22,423 nt of DNA from an uncultured Candidatus Saccharibacteria bacterium (lineage in GTDB: Bacteria > Patescibacteriota > Minisyncoccia > Minisyncoccales > GWA2-38-27), in contig CAYZKD010000002.1 in assembly GCA_964479375.1 (NCBI GenBank), positions 46,100 to 68,522 of the forward strand, in the 5' to 3' direction. How positions within the stretch are numbered: the first letter of the stretch is position 1; each line of letters starts with the position of its first letter. Shown in pieces: positions 13,651 through 21,591 of this stretch. The notes beneath the pieces were generated by a model. That model did not search any database. It was not told the origin of the DNA and worked only from the letters and a program-made list of their open reading frames with translations. A program made the translations under genes and the position numbers.

Positions 13651-14763
13651 ATGATTGACGAGAAGCCTTCGAGTATATACAAGAAGATTTCTATAAAGAT
13701 AGGAGGATTTTTAAAGAAAAAGATTTTAAAACATAAACTCTTTTTCGCCCTGCCTACCCTGATAGCGCTTTTGATATTCAGCGCTTTTGTTTTTGGCTTT
13801 AGCTCCAGCCTAAAGCCTCTTTTATTAAAGAACTGTCTTTTGCTGTCTGTTGCTTCAGCAGAGAAAGCAGTATTCACTAAGGGAGATGTCTTTTTAAAAC
13901 CCACCCGCAATTTTTTGACAGGATCTGCCCAAATGACTTTTGTGGAGCAGAGCGCTGTAAAAGGCATGATTCCGCCTGCTATGGCTGACAGCCAAACATT
14001 GGCTACTAAAACAACACAGGATAAGCCGGAAAGAGGCAAAATAATCGAATATACGGTAGAAGAAGGAGAAAACATCTCTGCTATTGCAGAAGAGTTTGGG
14101 GTTTCTACGAATACTATTTTATGGGCAAACGATATCAGCCGCAATTCAACGATAAGGCCCGGGCAGGAAATAATTATTCTCCCCACATCGGGTGTCCTCC
14201 ATTTGGTTGAGAAAGGGGACACCATAGGCAGTGTTGCAGAAAAATACGAAGTATCTTCTGGAGAGATTGTTTCTTATAATGAACTTGAAAACGAAAATGA
14301 CATTTTTGTTGGAGATGTTTTATTGGTACCGGGAGGAAAGATGCCAAAAAAGCCTGTTCAAATTAATTCCACCCCGATAGCAGACTCTTATTTCATCTTC
14401 CCGACCGAGGGGAAGATTAGCCAAGGAGCTCATGGCGCCTTTGGCAATGCTGTGGATATAGCCAATTCATGCGGCAAGCCGGTAGTGGCTGCGGCCTCGG
14501 GCGTAGTGCAGAGAGCGGGGTATATAAGCATTGGAGGCAACAGGGTGACAGTTTTACACTCAAACGGCGTGGTAAGTTATTACGGCCACCTTTCCGTTAT
14601 AACAGTAGTTCCCAACCAGAGAGTAAGTGCGGGGGATGTTGTCGGGTACATTGGAAACTCCGGATATGCTATAGGGAGAACGGGTTGCCACCTCCATTTT
14701 GAAGTCAGAGGAGCCAGAAACTTTCTTCTTTCCTATCCTCTGGGAAGCCATGTGAGTTGGTAA
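13651..14763 (+). CDS. Membrane-anchored peptidoglycan hydrolase with 2 LysM domains and a C-terminal M23 (LytM-type) metallopeptidase domain
   Basis: Transmembrane segment 'LFFALPTLIALLIFSAFVFGF'. LysM repeats 'YTVEEGENISAIAEEFGVSTNTILWANDI..PGQEIIIL' and 'HLVEKGDTIGSVAEKYEVSSGEIVSYNEL...GDVLLVPG'. M23 motifs 'HGAFGNAVDIA', 'GYIGNSGYAIGRTGCHLHFEV' (HxH) and 'VLHSNGVVSYYGHLS'. Confidence 0.85.
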   Translation: MIDEKPSSIYKKISIKIGGFLKKKILKHKLFFALPTLIALLIFSAFVFGFSSSLKPLLLKNCLLLSVASAEKAVFTKGDVFLKPTRNFLTGSAQMTFVEQSAVKGMIPPAMADSQTLATKTTQDKPERGKIIEYTVEEGENISAIAEEFGVSTNTILWANDISRNSTIRPGQEIIILPTSGVLHLVEKGDTIGSVAEKYEVSSGEIVSYNELENENDIFVGDVLLVPGGKMPKKPVQINSTPIADSYFIFPTEGKISQGAHGAFGNAVDIANSCGKPVVAAASGVVQRAGYISIGGNRVTVLHSNGVVSYYGHLSVITVVPNQRVSAGDVVGYIGNSGYAIGRTGCHLHFEVRGARNFLLSYPLGSHVSW

Positions 14764-14787
14764 AAAAATATACTCTTTTTTAATAAA

Positions 14788-14815
14788 AACGCTCTCATTT
14801 CTGAGAGCATTTTTT
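14788..14815. terminator. Intrinsic terminator hairpin overlapping the stop of the dksA-like gene, between convergent genes
   Basis: gctctca-tttc-tgagagc followed by atttttt. An A-run on the other side could let it act bidirectionally. Confidence 0.5.
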
Positions 14816-15166
14816 ACAATAAAGAGAAGAAGGGTGAATCTTTAACCGCGCCTCGGTTATATTTTTGCCGCACTTCTCGCACTTACCATAATCTCCTCTT
14901 TGAATCTTTTTTAGGGCCTTGTTTACTCTTTGCAACGCTAATTCCAAGCTGTGTTCTACGGGAAGGAGGTTGCTGTACTCTTCCACCTGGTCGGCAGCGT
15001 CTTCTAGGGCCTGTCCCCCCGATCCGCCGCTTGTTTTTGGGTAACGGACATCCCAGTCCCCTTCCATTTTTTTATCTTTTTCAGCAAAACTTCCCAATTC
15101 TTTTTCTAAAGACTTTTTTTCTTGCTCTAATTTGCTTTTTAATTTGGAAATAGCTTCTTTTTTCAT
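14795..15166 (-). CDS. DksA/TraR-family C4 zinc-finger protein (123 aa)
   Basis: The C-terminal 'CEKCGKNITEARLKIHPSSLYCKKCS' is the C-x2-C...C-x2-C DksA/TraR zinc finger. The N-terminal half is a coiled coil. Its start overlaps the stop of the upstream gene (ATGA-type 4-nt overlap). Confidence 0.7.
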   Translation of the reverse strand: MKKEAISKLKSKLEQEKKSLEKELGSFAEKDKKMEGDWDVRYPKTSGGSGGQALEDAADQVEEYSNLLPVEHSLELALQRVNKALKKIQRGDYGKCEKCGKNITEARLKIHPSSLYCKKCSQK

Positions 15167-16965
15167 TCTCCGTAAAGACTGTTAAGTTTTCTTCTAGTAT
15201 AGCCGTCCAGAATCCCCGTTCCTTCTGACAAGCCCTGAGGGGCCAGAATATCCGAAGCATACTTTTCCTGGAACCTGATAACGGCCTGCTTGGTAAGAGG
15301 CCCGAACCAGCCGCTGACTATACCCTTGGGGTAAACCTGCCTGTCTTCTGCTAACCAAGTCTGAAGCATTCTTACCTGATCCCCGCTGTTTCCAAACTTC
15401 AAATCTTTAGTTATCTGAGGGTGGGGCGGAATAATGCCCGAAGTTCCGTAAAGTTCGTTTAATTTGATGCGGGTGTACAGCCCGGTTTCTCCCGTTCCTT
15501 CTGACAAGCCCTGAGGGGCCAGAATATCTGAAGCATACTTTTCCTGGAACCTGATAACGGCCTGCTTGGTAAGAGGCCCGAACCAGCCGCTGACTATGCC
15601 CTTGGGGTAAGTTGTGGCGTCCTGAGACAGCCAAGTTTGGAGTACTTCTACTTCGTAGCCAATGTCGTTTAATTTGAGATTCTTAGTTATTTCTATTGTT
15701 CTGCCTGCAATGTTCAATCTTTCTATCGTTGCCTTCATAGATTTCCAGGAACTGGTGAACACAAAATAGTTATCAGAAACTAAATAACAAATACCAATAT
15801 CGTTTTTGGCTAGAGTCTGAAACCTGAAATTAGGCCCTTGGTAGCCCACCACGTTGGAAGAAGTTTTGAAGTAATGAGTAATCGGAGCCCGATCCTCTGC
15901 TATTAAGTTAAAGAGGGGAAGAAAATCTTCTCTCATGGACACCTCCTTGTCTCTCATAAATTCCTCCAGCCCCTTGCTGTCTTTCGCTCTAGCAGTAAAC
16001 CCTATTCTGTTTCCGTCTATTTGAGAGTATACGAATAAAGTGAAATCTTTTTCTATTTTATCGTAAAAAGAGCTGTCATTTATCCTTATCTGGAGGCTGT
16101 CGATAATCTGTTTGAGAGTAATTATTTCTTCATCCTTTTTTATTATTATTCTCTTAAACTTTCCCTGTTGCTCTTTTTCTCCCAAGGTTTGTTCTAAAAG
16201 GAGATGTATTTCGTCTAGAGTTTCAATATTAAAGATTCTTTTCTCTTCAACAGCAAAAAGGCCGGCAGGAATAACAGCGATTTCCTCCTCCTCTTCCTCC
16301 TCCTCTTCCTCCTCCTCTTCCCCTGCGGTCGGAGGGGCCGGGAGCGGCTCTTTTCTAATAATCAAATACCAGTACCAAAAAGTGGAAAGGCCGGCCAGAA
16401 TTACCAATACTAAACCGAAAATCAATGTTCTTACCCAGATTTTCTGGTGCCAGCTGAGTTTCTGAGGAAGAGGCCTAATCATTCGGATGGGCTTCTGGGG
16501 AGCGGGTCTTGCCTGCCCTCCGGGTTGCGTTTTTGGTTTTTCTGGTTCTTCCTGAGGCCCCTCTTTCGGTTGGCCCATTAGCAAACTTCGCCTCTTTTGG
16601 CTGAGGGTTCTTCTTGCTTGAGCAGGTTCTTCTTTTACGGGTTTTACAGGCTCTTCTTTGGGCTCTGGCTCTTTAGGTTCCTCCTCCTTTTTTTGAGAGG
16701 CTCTTTCTTGAACTTTATTTTTCAGGGCTTCAATTCTTTTCCTGGCTTTTTCGATGTCTTTATTTCCTGCTTCCTCCTCCTTCTCTTCTCGGGGAGTATT
16801 CTGTTTAATGATTTCGTTTAAGATTTCGCTAGGCGTGGCTCTCCCAATTTCTTTTTTTTCTAGAAAAGAAGCCTTTTCAGGATTCTGTTTTTTGATTTCC
16901 TGGAGGATCTCTACGTCAGAAATTCCCCTGTTCCTGGCCCTTTTAATTGATTCTACTATAGACAT
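15163..16965 (-). CDS. Single-pass membrane protein with two tandem C-terminal peptidoglycan-binding (PG_binding_1-like) domains and an internal poly-Glu tract (600 aa)
   Basis: Charged N-terminal cytoplasmic region with the internal duplication 'SDVEILQEIKKQNPEK' / 'PSEILNEIIKQNTPRE'. Transmembrane segment 'IWVRTLIFGLVLVILAGLSTFWYWYLII'. An E14 run. About 300 aa of unknown function. Two copies of 'VRMLQTWL..D...YPKGIVSGWFGPLTKQAVIRFQEKYASDILAPQGLSEGTG..G.YTR.KLN.LYG' match the PG_binding_1 consensus (LQ..L.....DG.FG..T..AV..FQ...GL..DG..G..T...L). Confidence 0.7.
   Translation of the reverse strand: MSIVESIKRARNRGISDVEILQEIKKQNPEKASFLEKKEIGRATPSEILNEIIKQNTPREEKEEEAGNKDIEKARKRIEALKNKVQERASQKKEEEPKEPEPKEEPVKPVKEEPAQARRTLSQKRRSLLMGQPKEGPQEEPEKPKTQPGGQARPAPQKPIRMIRPLPQKLSWHQKIWVRTLIFGLVLVILAGLSTFWYWYLIIRKEPLPAPPTAGEEEEEEEEEEEEEIAVIPAGLFAVEEKRIFNIETLDEIHLLLEQTLGEKEQQGKFKRIIIKKDEEIITLKQIIDSLQIRINDSSFYDKIEKDFTLFVYSQIDGNRIGFTARAKDSKGLEEFMRDKEVSMREDFLPLFNLIAEDRAPITHYFKTSSNVVGYQGPNFRFQTLAKNDIGICYLVSDNYFVFTSSWKSMKATIERLNIAGRTIEITKNLKLNDIGYEVEVLQTWLSQDATTYPKGIVSGWFGPLTKQAVIRFQEKYASDILAPQGLSEGTGETGLYTRIKLNELYGTSGIIPPHPQITKDLKFGNSGDQVRMLQTWLAEDRQVYPKGIVSGWFGPLTKQAVIRFQEKYASDILAPQGLSEGTGILDGYTRRKLNSLYGE
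15215..15334. repeat. Copy 1 of a 120-bp near-identical direct repeat (118/120 identical) inside the PG-binding-domain gene
   Basis: cccgttccttctgacaagccctgaggggccagaatatc[c/t]gaagcatacttttcctggaacctgataacggcctgcttggtaagaggcccgaaccagccgctgactat[a/g]cccttggggtaa. Confidence 0.9.
15491..15610. repeat. Copy 2 of the 120-bp direct repeat (offset 276 bp from copy 1)
   Basis: Same sequence as copy 1 with 2 mismatches. It encodes the second 40-aa PG-binding core. Confidence 0.9.
16283..16322. repeat. 12-bp tandem repeat (cctcctcctctt) x3.3, encoding E14 on the minus strand
   Basis: tcctcctcctcttcctcctcctcttcctcctcctcttcc, seen directly in the sequence. It is an in-frame GAG/GAA trinucleotide-type repeat. 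Confidence 0.9.
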
Positions 16966-16970
16966 ATTTT

Positions 16971-18353
16971 TTAGAACTTAAAATCCAAGTCGGAAATAGA
17001 GGGCTTTTCTTCTTTTCTCTCCTCTTTGGGGGCAGGTCGCTCTTTCTTTTCTGAGGGGATTTCTTTTTCGGAAGCCTCGGATGGCTTTTCTCCCCCCGAA
17101 AGAGCGTTTTCCTGATCCTCCTCCTCGGCCAGTTCCTTTATTTGCTCTACTATCTCGCTTCCTCTATTAATTAGGTTTTCAAGCTTGCTGTCTATCTTTC
17201 TAATGCTGGCGTCTATTTTGTTTTTTTCTTCTTCTAATTTCCACCTCTCCTCTTCTGCCTTTCTGCGCTTAGAAGTGGCAGCCCATCTTTCTTTTTCTAG
17301 TTTCTGCTTTTCTATCAACTCTTCTGTTGCCTTCTCCTCTTCTGATATCAGTTTTACTTCTTTTTCTATCTGTTCTTCTTCAGAAAGTGCCTTATCCAAT
17401 TCCTTTCTTAATTTAGCGGACTGCTCTAAAAGGCCGCTTTTTTCTTTTTGGAAATTTTTCTTGTTTTCTTGGAGCGTTTTCAAAAGTTTCTTTAGGCCGA
17501 TCTTTTTAAGGCTGTCCTCTACTTTTCGGGTTTTTTCCTCCAGGTCCTTTCTTTTCTCTAAAAGAGCGCTTTTTTTCCTGTCTATTTCCTGAAACCTCCT
17601 GTCTATTTCAATAACTTTTTTATCTACTTCGTTTATTTTTTGATCCCAGGGCCACCTGTTTTTCTCTATTTCTTGTCTTTTTTCTTCGGCCCGCCACCTT
17701 TTCTTTTCTATTTCCCTTTTCTTTTTAGGGTCCTCGACTGTGCTTTCTTCTTTCTCCAATTTAGCCACTTTTTGTTCTTGTTGATTCTCTCTTTCTGTGA
17801 GAAACCTCAATTTCTTTTTTATATTCTCAATTTCCTGGATAAGCTCTTCTTTTGGGACGGCCAAAGGAGTTTTTTGGGATTCCAGTTCTGATATTTTTCT
17901 GTCTATCTCTTCCTGTTTTTCTCTTAGGAGTTCTTTTTGGGAAGTAAGGAATTCCTCTTTTTCCTCGGAGGTGCTTTCTGCTTTAGCCTTCTCCTTGCTT
18001 CTTTTTCTTATTCTGGAGATTTCCTCCTCTCTTCTCTCCTCCTCCTCTCTTCTCTCCTCCTCCTCTCTCCTCTTCTCCTTATCCTCCTCTCTTCTCTTCT
18101 TCTCCTCCTCCTCTCTTCTCTTCTCCTCCTCTCTCCTCTTTTCTCGTTTTTCTCTTTCTATTCTCATCTGTTCCCTGGCTTCTTTTTCTTTTATGTCTTG
18201 CCTTTGGTCTTCTGCTTGCGGGGCAGGAGATGCTTTTTGATTCTTAGAAACCTCCTCCTTTTCCTCTAGGGATTCTCCTCGTCTTAGCCGAGCAAGGTCT
18301 TTCTTCATCGTTCTTATGTCTGTTTTTTTAATGAAGTTTTCCTTTTCCGGCAT
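16971..18353 (-). CDS. Highly charged E/K/R-rich coiled-coil protein, low complexity, 460 aa, with no transmembrane segment
   Basis: The sequence is dominated by EEKRREEEEKKRREEDKEKRREEEERREEEERREEE and similar heptad-like charged stretches, and ends in ...SISDLDFKF. It lies 4 nt from the pnp stop and 5 nt from the downstream gene start. I recognise no known domain. Confidence 0.55.
   Translation of the reverse strand: MPEKENFIKKTDIRTMKKDLARLRRGESLEEKEEVSKNQKASPAPQAEDQRQDIKEKEAREQMRIEREKREKRREEEKRREEEEKKRREEDKEKRREEEERREEEERREEEISRIRKRSKEKAKAESTSEEKEEFLTSQKELLREKQEEIDRKISELESQKTPLAVPKEELIQEIENIKKKLRFLTERENQQEQKVAKLEKEESTVEDPKKKREIEKKRWRAEEKRQEIEKNRWPWDQKINEVDKKVIEIDRRFQEIDRKKSALLEKRKDLEEKTRKVEDSLKKIGLKKLLKTLQENKKNFQKEKSGLLEQSAKLRKELDKALSEEEQIEKEVKLISEEEKATEELIEKQKLEKERWAATSKRRKAEEERWKLEEEKNKIDASIRKIDSKLENLINRGSEIVEQIKELAEEEDQENALSGGEKPSEASEKEIPSEKKERPAPKEERKEEKPSISDLDFKF
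18021..18150. repeat. About 130-nt pure polypyrimidine (CT)-rich tract on the plus strand made of degenerate ctcctcctctcttctc units. It is polypurine on the coding strand.
   Basis: From 'ttcctcctctcttctctcctcctcctctcttctctcctcc...' through '...ctcctctctcctcttttctc'. It encodes the E/R repeat core of the coiled-coil protein. Mirror-repeat character makes it a candidate for H-DNA or slippage. Confidence 0.8.
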
Positions 18354-18357
18354 AACG

Positions 18358-20457
18358 TTATTTGCTTTTATTTTCTAAAAGCTTTAAGCTTATTTTATTT
18401 TTTTCGTCAATTGAGATCACTTTTACTGCAACAATGTCTCCTACTTTTACCACATCTTCTACTTTGTTAACCCTGCCTTCTGCTAATTTAGAGATATGGA
18501 TAAGCCCGTCTTGTCCTGGCAATACTCCCACAAAGGCCCCGAAGTCTGTTATCTTTTTCACTTCTCCTTCCAGAACTTCTCCTACCTCTACCTCTTTGGT
18601 AATGTCTTTTATCCATTTTATCGCTCTATTCGCCGACTCCGCATCTTTTGTGGTTACAAATACCTCCCCGCTGTCTTCTACGTCTACTGTGGCACCCGTC
18701 TTTTCTATGATTTCTTTAATTACAGATCCGCCCGGGCCGATAACTGCTCCGATCTTGTCCGGATTAATCTGTAATCGTTCTATTCTGGGGGCGTAAGGAG
18801 AAAGTTCTTTTCTGGGTTCTTTTATCGTTTTGTCCTGAATGCTTAAGATGTGTTCTCTGGCACTTTTTGCTTTTTGCAGAGCTTCTTCTATAATCTTGGC
18901 GTCAACGCCGTCTATTTTAACATCCATTTGGATTGCCGTAATGCCCTGACTCGTTCCTGCCACTTTAAAGTCCATGTCTCCGTGATGGTCTTCCGGCCCT
19001 TGGATGTCTGTTAATACCTTGTATTTGTCCTCTCCTCGCATTAATCCCATGGCTATTCCGGCGACAGAGCCCTTTACGGGAACGCCTGCGTCCATTAAGG
19101 ACAAAGAAGTTCCTGACACAGAGGCCATAGAAGTGGATCCGTTAGAGGATAAGATTTCAGTAACTATCCTGATGGCATAGGGAAACTCTTCCTTAGAAGG
19201 AAGAACGGGCAAGATCGCTTTTTCTGCTAAGTGTCCGTGTCCTATTTCCCTTCTCCCCGGCCCCCTTAGGGGCTTAGCGTCTCCTGCGCAATAAGGGGGA
19301 AAATTATAGTGATGCATAAATCTTTTCTCCCTGGTTATTTCCATTCCTTCTATCAGGCGGCTGTCTTCAGGCCCTCCTAGAGTTAAGAAAGAAAGGGCTT
19401 TGGTTTTCCCTCTGCAGAACAGGCCTGACCCATGAGACCTGGGGAGAACCCCTGCTTCGCAGGAAATATCTCTTACTTCGTCTAGTTTTCTGCCGTCTGG
19501 CCTCTTTTCGTATTTTATAATATTCTCGTGGATGAGTCGATCAACTTCCCGGTCAAGGTAATCACTGGCATATTTTATTTTATCCTCGTCTTCTGGATGG
19601 TTCTGCTTTAAGTGTTCGGTGAGATTCTTCTTCAGAGAAGAAAGATCTTTTTCTCTTTTGATCTTGTCTTTCTGATAAATAGCTTTTTCCAGTTCTTTTT
19701 TTAAGAAAGAGTCTATTTCTTTTTCTAAAGATTTATCTTTTTCAGGCTCTGAGAGAATTGTCTTTTCTTTCCCCTCTTTTTCAATAATATCTTGCTGGAA
19801 GGCAAAAAGTTCTCTCAGGGGCTTTTCCGCTTCTCTCAGGGCCTCTAGAATGTCTTGCTCTCTTGTTTGCTGACCCTCTCCCTCAATCATGTTCACAAGG
19901 AGGTCCTCTCCTTCTGCAATTCCCGCAAAAACAATATCCAGGTCGCTTCCTTCTCTTTCTTCGTAGGTCGGGTTGATAATAAGCTTTCCATTGGTTCTGC
20001 ATACCCTTGCTGCGCTAATGGGTCCCTGCCATGGGATATCGGAAACACCCAAGGCGACAGAGGTGGCCATCATGCTCAAAACATCGGGGTCATTTTGGTC
20101 GTCCCAGGCAAAAATAGTTGCTATCACTTGAATTTCTCTTGATAAGTTTTTGGGAAAACGAGGCCTAATAGTTCTATCTATTAACCTGGCGTTACAGATT
20201 GCTTCGTCGCTGGGCCTGCCCTCCCTTCTGGTATAGCGGCTTCCCTTAATGGCGCCTGCTGCGTAGAATTTTTCTTCGTAGTCCACGGTTAACGGGAAAA
20301 ACCCTATATCTTTCTCCTCTCCCATCACCGCAGTAGATAGAACAACAGTGTCTCCGCATCTTGCCAGAGCACTGCCGTTGGTTTGTTCTGTCCAGTCTTT
20401 TAATTGTATAGTAATCTCTTTATCTCCGATTGTTTTTTTATATGTTTTTTCCGGCAT
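18358..20457 (-). CDS. pnp: Polyribonucleotide nucleotidyltransferase (PNPase)
   Basis: The N-terminus '[30 protein letters not shown]...[49 protein letters not shown]' is the canonical PNPase RNase-PH core 1. The KH GxxG motif '[15 protein letters not shown]' is present. The C-terminal S1 domain '[34 protein letters not shown]' is present. Length 699 aa. It lies downstream of rpsO, as in the classic arrangement. Confidence 0.95.
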   Translation of the reverse strand: MPEKTYKKTIGDKEITIQLKDWTEQTNGSALARCGDTVVLSTAVMGEEKDIGFFPLTVDYEEKFYAAGAIKGSRYTRREGRPSDEAICNARLIDRTIRPRFPKNLSREIQVIATIFAWDDQNDPDVLSMMATSVALGVSDIPWQGPISAARVCRTNGKLIINPTYEEREGSDLDIVFAGIAEGEDLLVNMIEGEGQQTREQDILEALREAEKPLRELFAFQQDIIEKEGKEKTILSEPEKDKSLEKEIDSFLKKELEKAIYQKDKIKREKDLSSLKKNLTEHLKQNHPEDEDKIKYASDYLDREVDRLIHENIIKYEKRPDGRKLDEVRDISCEAGVLPRSHGSGLFCRGKTKALSFLTLGGPEDSRLIEGMEITREKRFMHHYNFPPYCAGDAKPLRGPGRREIGHGHLAEKAILPVLPSKEEFPYAIRIVTEILSSNGSTSMASVSGTSLSLMDAGVPVKGSVAGIAMGLMRGEDKYKVLTDIQGPEDHHGDMDFKVAGTSQGITAIQMDVKIDGVDAKIIEEALQKAKSAREHILSIQDKTIKEPRKELSPYAPRIERLQINPDKIGAVIGPGGSVIKEIIEKTGATVDVEDSGEVFVTTKDAESANRAIKWIKDITKEVEVGEVLEGEVKKITDFGAFVGVLPGQDGLIHISKLAEGRVNKVEDVVKVGDIVAVKVISIDEKNKISLKLLENKSK

Positions 20458-20459
20458 AA

Positions 20460-20966
20460 CTATTTTTTAAGCAAATATTTATCAGAACTTTTATCCAAGT
20501 CGACAAACTCATCAACTTCTTCAATTAATTCTGAAGAGGTTGATCTTCCAAAGGACATAGCTTCTACCCTTTTTCCCTGGTTTTTAAGATATTCCACAAG
20601 AGAAACAAAATCTCCGTCTCCTGAAGCCAGCACCAGAACATCTACGCTCGGGGCCATTCTAATGGCATCTATGACAATGCCTACGTCCCAGTCCGCCTTT
20701 TTGGCTCCTCCGTAAAATTCTTTGAGTTCTTTCACTCTTGTCTCAATCCCCAATTTAATCAAGGCCTCGAAAAAAGGTTTTTCCTCGCCAGTTTTTGTTT
20801 TGACAACATAAGCGAAAGCCCGAATCAGGTTTCTGTTGCTTACTCCCGTTTTCAGAATTTCTCCAAAGTTGACGCGGGCGTTGTTGTAAAGGTTTTTGGC
20901 AGAGTGATAGAGGTTTTGTACATCAATTAAAACCCCCACTCTCTGGCCCTTGTGTTTTATAATCAT
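20460..20966 (-). CDS. NYN-domain (LabA/DUF88-like, PIN-fold) predicted ribonuclease, 168 aa
   Basis: '[12 protein letters not shown]' at the N-terminus, then '[11 protein letters not shown]' and '[19 protein letters not shown]'. These match the NYN-domain signature of conserved Asp residues (D-x-E/Q-N ... D...D ... SgDgDF). It is inserted between rpsO and pnp with 2-nt and 18-nt spacers. Confidence 0.7.
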   Translation of the reverse strand: MIIKHKGQRVGVLIDVQNLYHSAKNLYNNARVNFGEILKTGVSNRNLIRAFAYVVKTKTGEEKPFFEALIKLGIETRVKELKEFYGGAKKADWDVGIVIDAIRMAPSVDVLVLASGDGDFVSLVEYLKNQGKRVEAMSFGRSTSSELIEEVDEFVDLDKSSDKYLLKK

Positions 20967-20984
20967 AGGAATAGAAAAATAGGT

Positions 20985-21251
20985 TTATTTCTTAAGCCCT
21001 ATTTTTTTAATAAGCCCTTTGTATTTTTTCTCACTTTTCTCTTTTAGGCAACTGAGCAGCCTCTTTCTTTTGGAAACCATATCTAAAAGCCCCTTTTTAG
21101 AATGCAGATCCTTGGGGTGTTTTTTTAAATGGGAAAGGAGTCTTTTTATCTCCTCTGTAAGCAAAACAATCTGCACTTCGGCAGATCCCGTGTCCCTATC
21201 ATGGAGATTGTGGCTTTTTATAATTTTCTGTTTTTCTTCTGCTGTTAACAT
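20985..21251 (-). CDS. rpsO: 30S ribosomal protein S15
   Basis: 'DTGSAEVQIVLLTEEIKRLLSHLKKHPKDLHSKKGLLDMVSKRKRLLSCLK' matches S15 (DTGS.EVQ.A.LT..I..L..H...HKKD.HSRRGLL.MV..RR.LL.YL). Length 88 aa. Confidence 0.95.
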   Translation of the reverse strand: MLTAEEKQKIIKSHNLHDRDTGSAEVQIVLLTEEIKRLLSHLKKHPKDLHSKKGLLDMVSKRKRLLSCLKEKSEKKYKGLIKKIGLKK

Positions 21252-21492
21252 ATTTAATTATTAATTAGAGCACAGGGTCAAATCGCTCATCTCCCTGAAA
21301 TGAGATGATTTCAAGACTTGTTGACAAGGCGCAGTTTGTGCAATGTCTGAGGAGGCGCAACGAAGAAATTAGTTGTTCTCTATCTTTTCGGAGGATGATA
21401 ATTCAAATCCTGTGCTCTTATTTATTTCAATTATACAACCTTTTAATAAAAAGAAAAGAAAGTGGAATTTTCTTGAATTGTGAAAATTCGTG

Positions 21493-21565
21493 TCCGCCCA
21501 CCAGGAGTCGAACCTGGAACTCACGGCTTAAGAGGCCGTTACTCTGCCAATTGAGTTATGGGCGG
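21493..21565 (-). tRNA. tRNA-Lys (anticodon CUU), 73 nt, CCA not encoded
   Basis: Minus-strand sequence CCGCCCA-TA-ACTC-AATTGGCA-GAGT-A-ACGGC-CTCTTAA-GCCGT-GAGTT-CCAGG-TTCGACT-CCTGG-TGGGCGG-A. Acceptor stem 7 bp, D stem 4 bp with GG in the loop, anticodon stem 5 bp with U33 and A37 flanking CTT, variable loop 5 nt, T-loop TTCGACT. The first base pair is C1-G72, which is unusual. Confidence 0.85.
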
Positions 21566-21591
21566 GGACAGGATATTGTGGGCTATCCTTT

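Noticed and set aside
13629-14225. Minus-strand 198-aa ORF antisense to the LysM-M23 peptidase gene
   Set aside because: The plus-strand frame has unmistakable LysM and M23 motifs. The antisense translation has no motif and no plausible start context.
17185-18269. Several plus-strand ORFs (135, 83, 147 and 110 aa) rich in S/L/F
   Set aside because: They are antisense readings of the polypyrimidine strand of the E/K/R coiled-coil gene. This is a low-complexity artefact.
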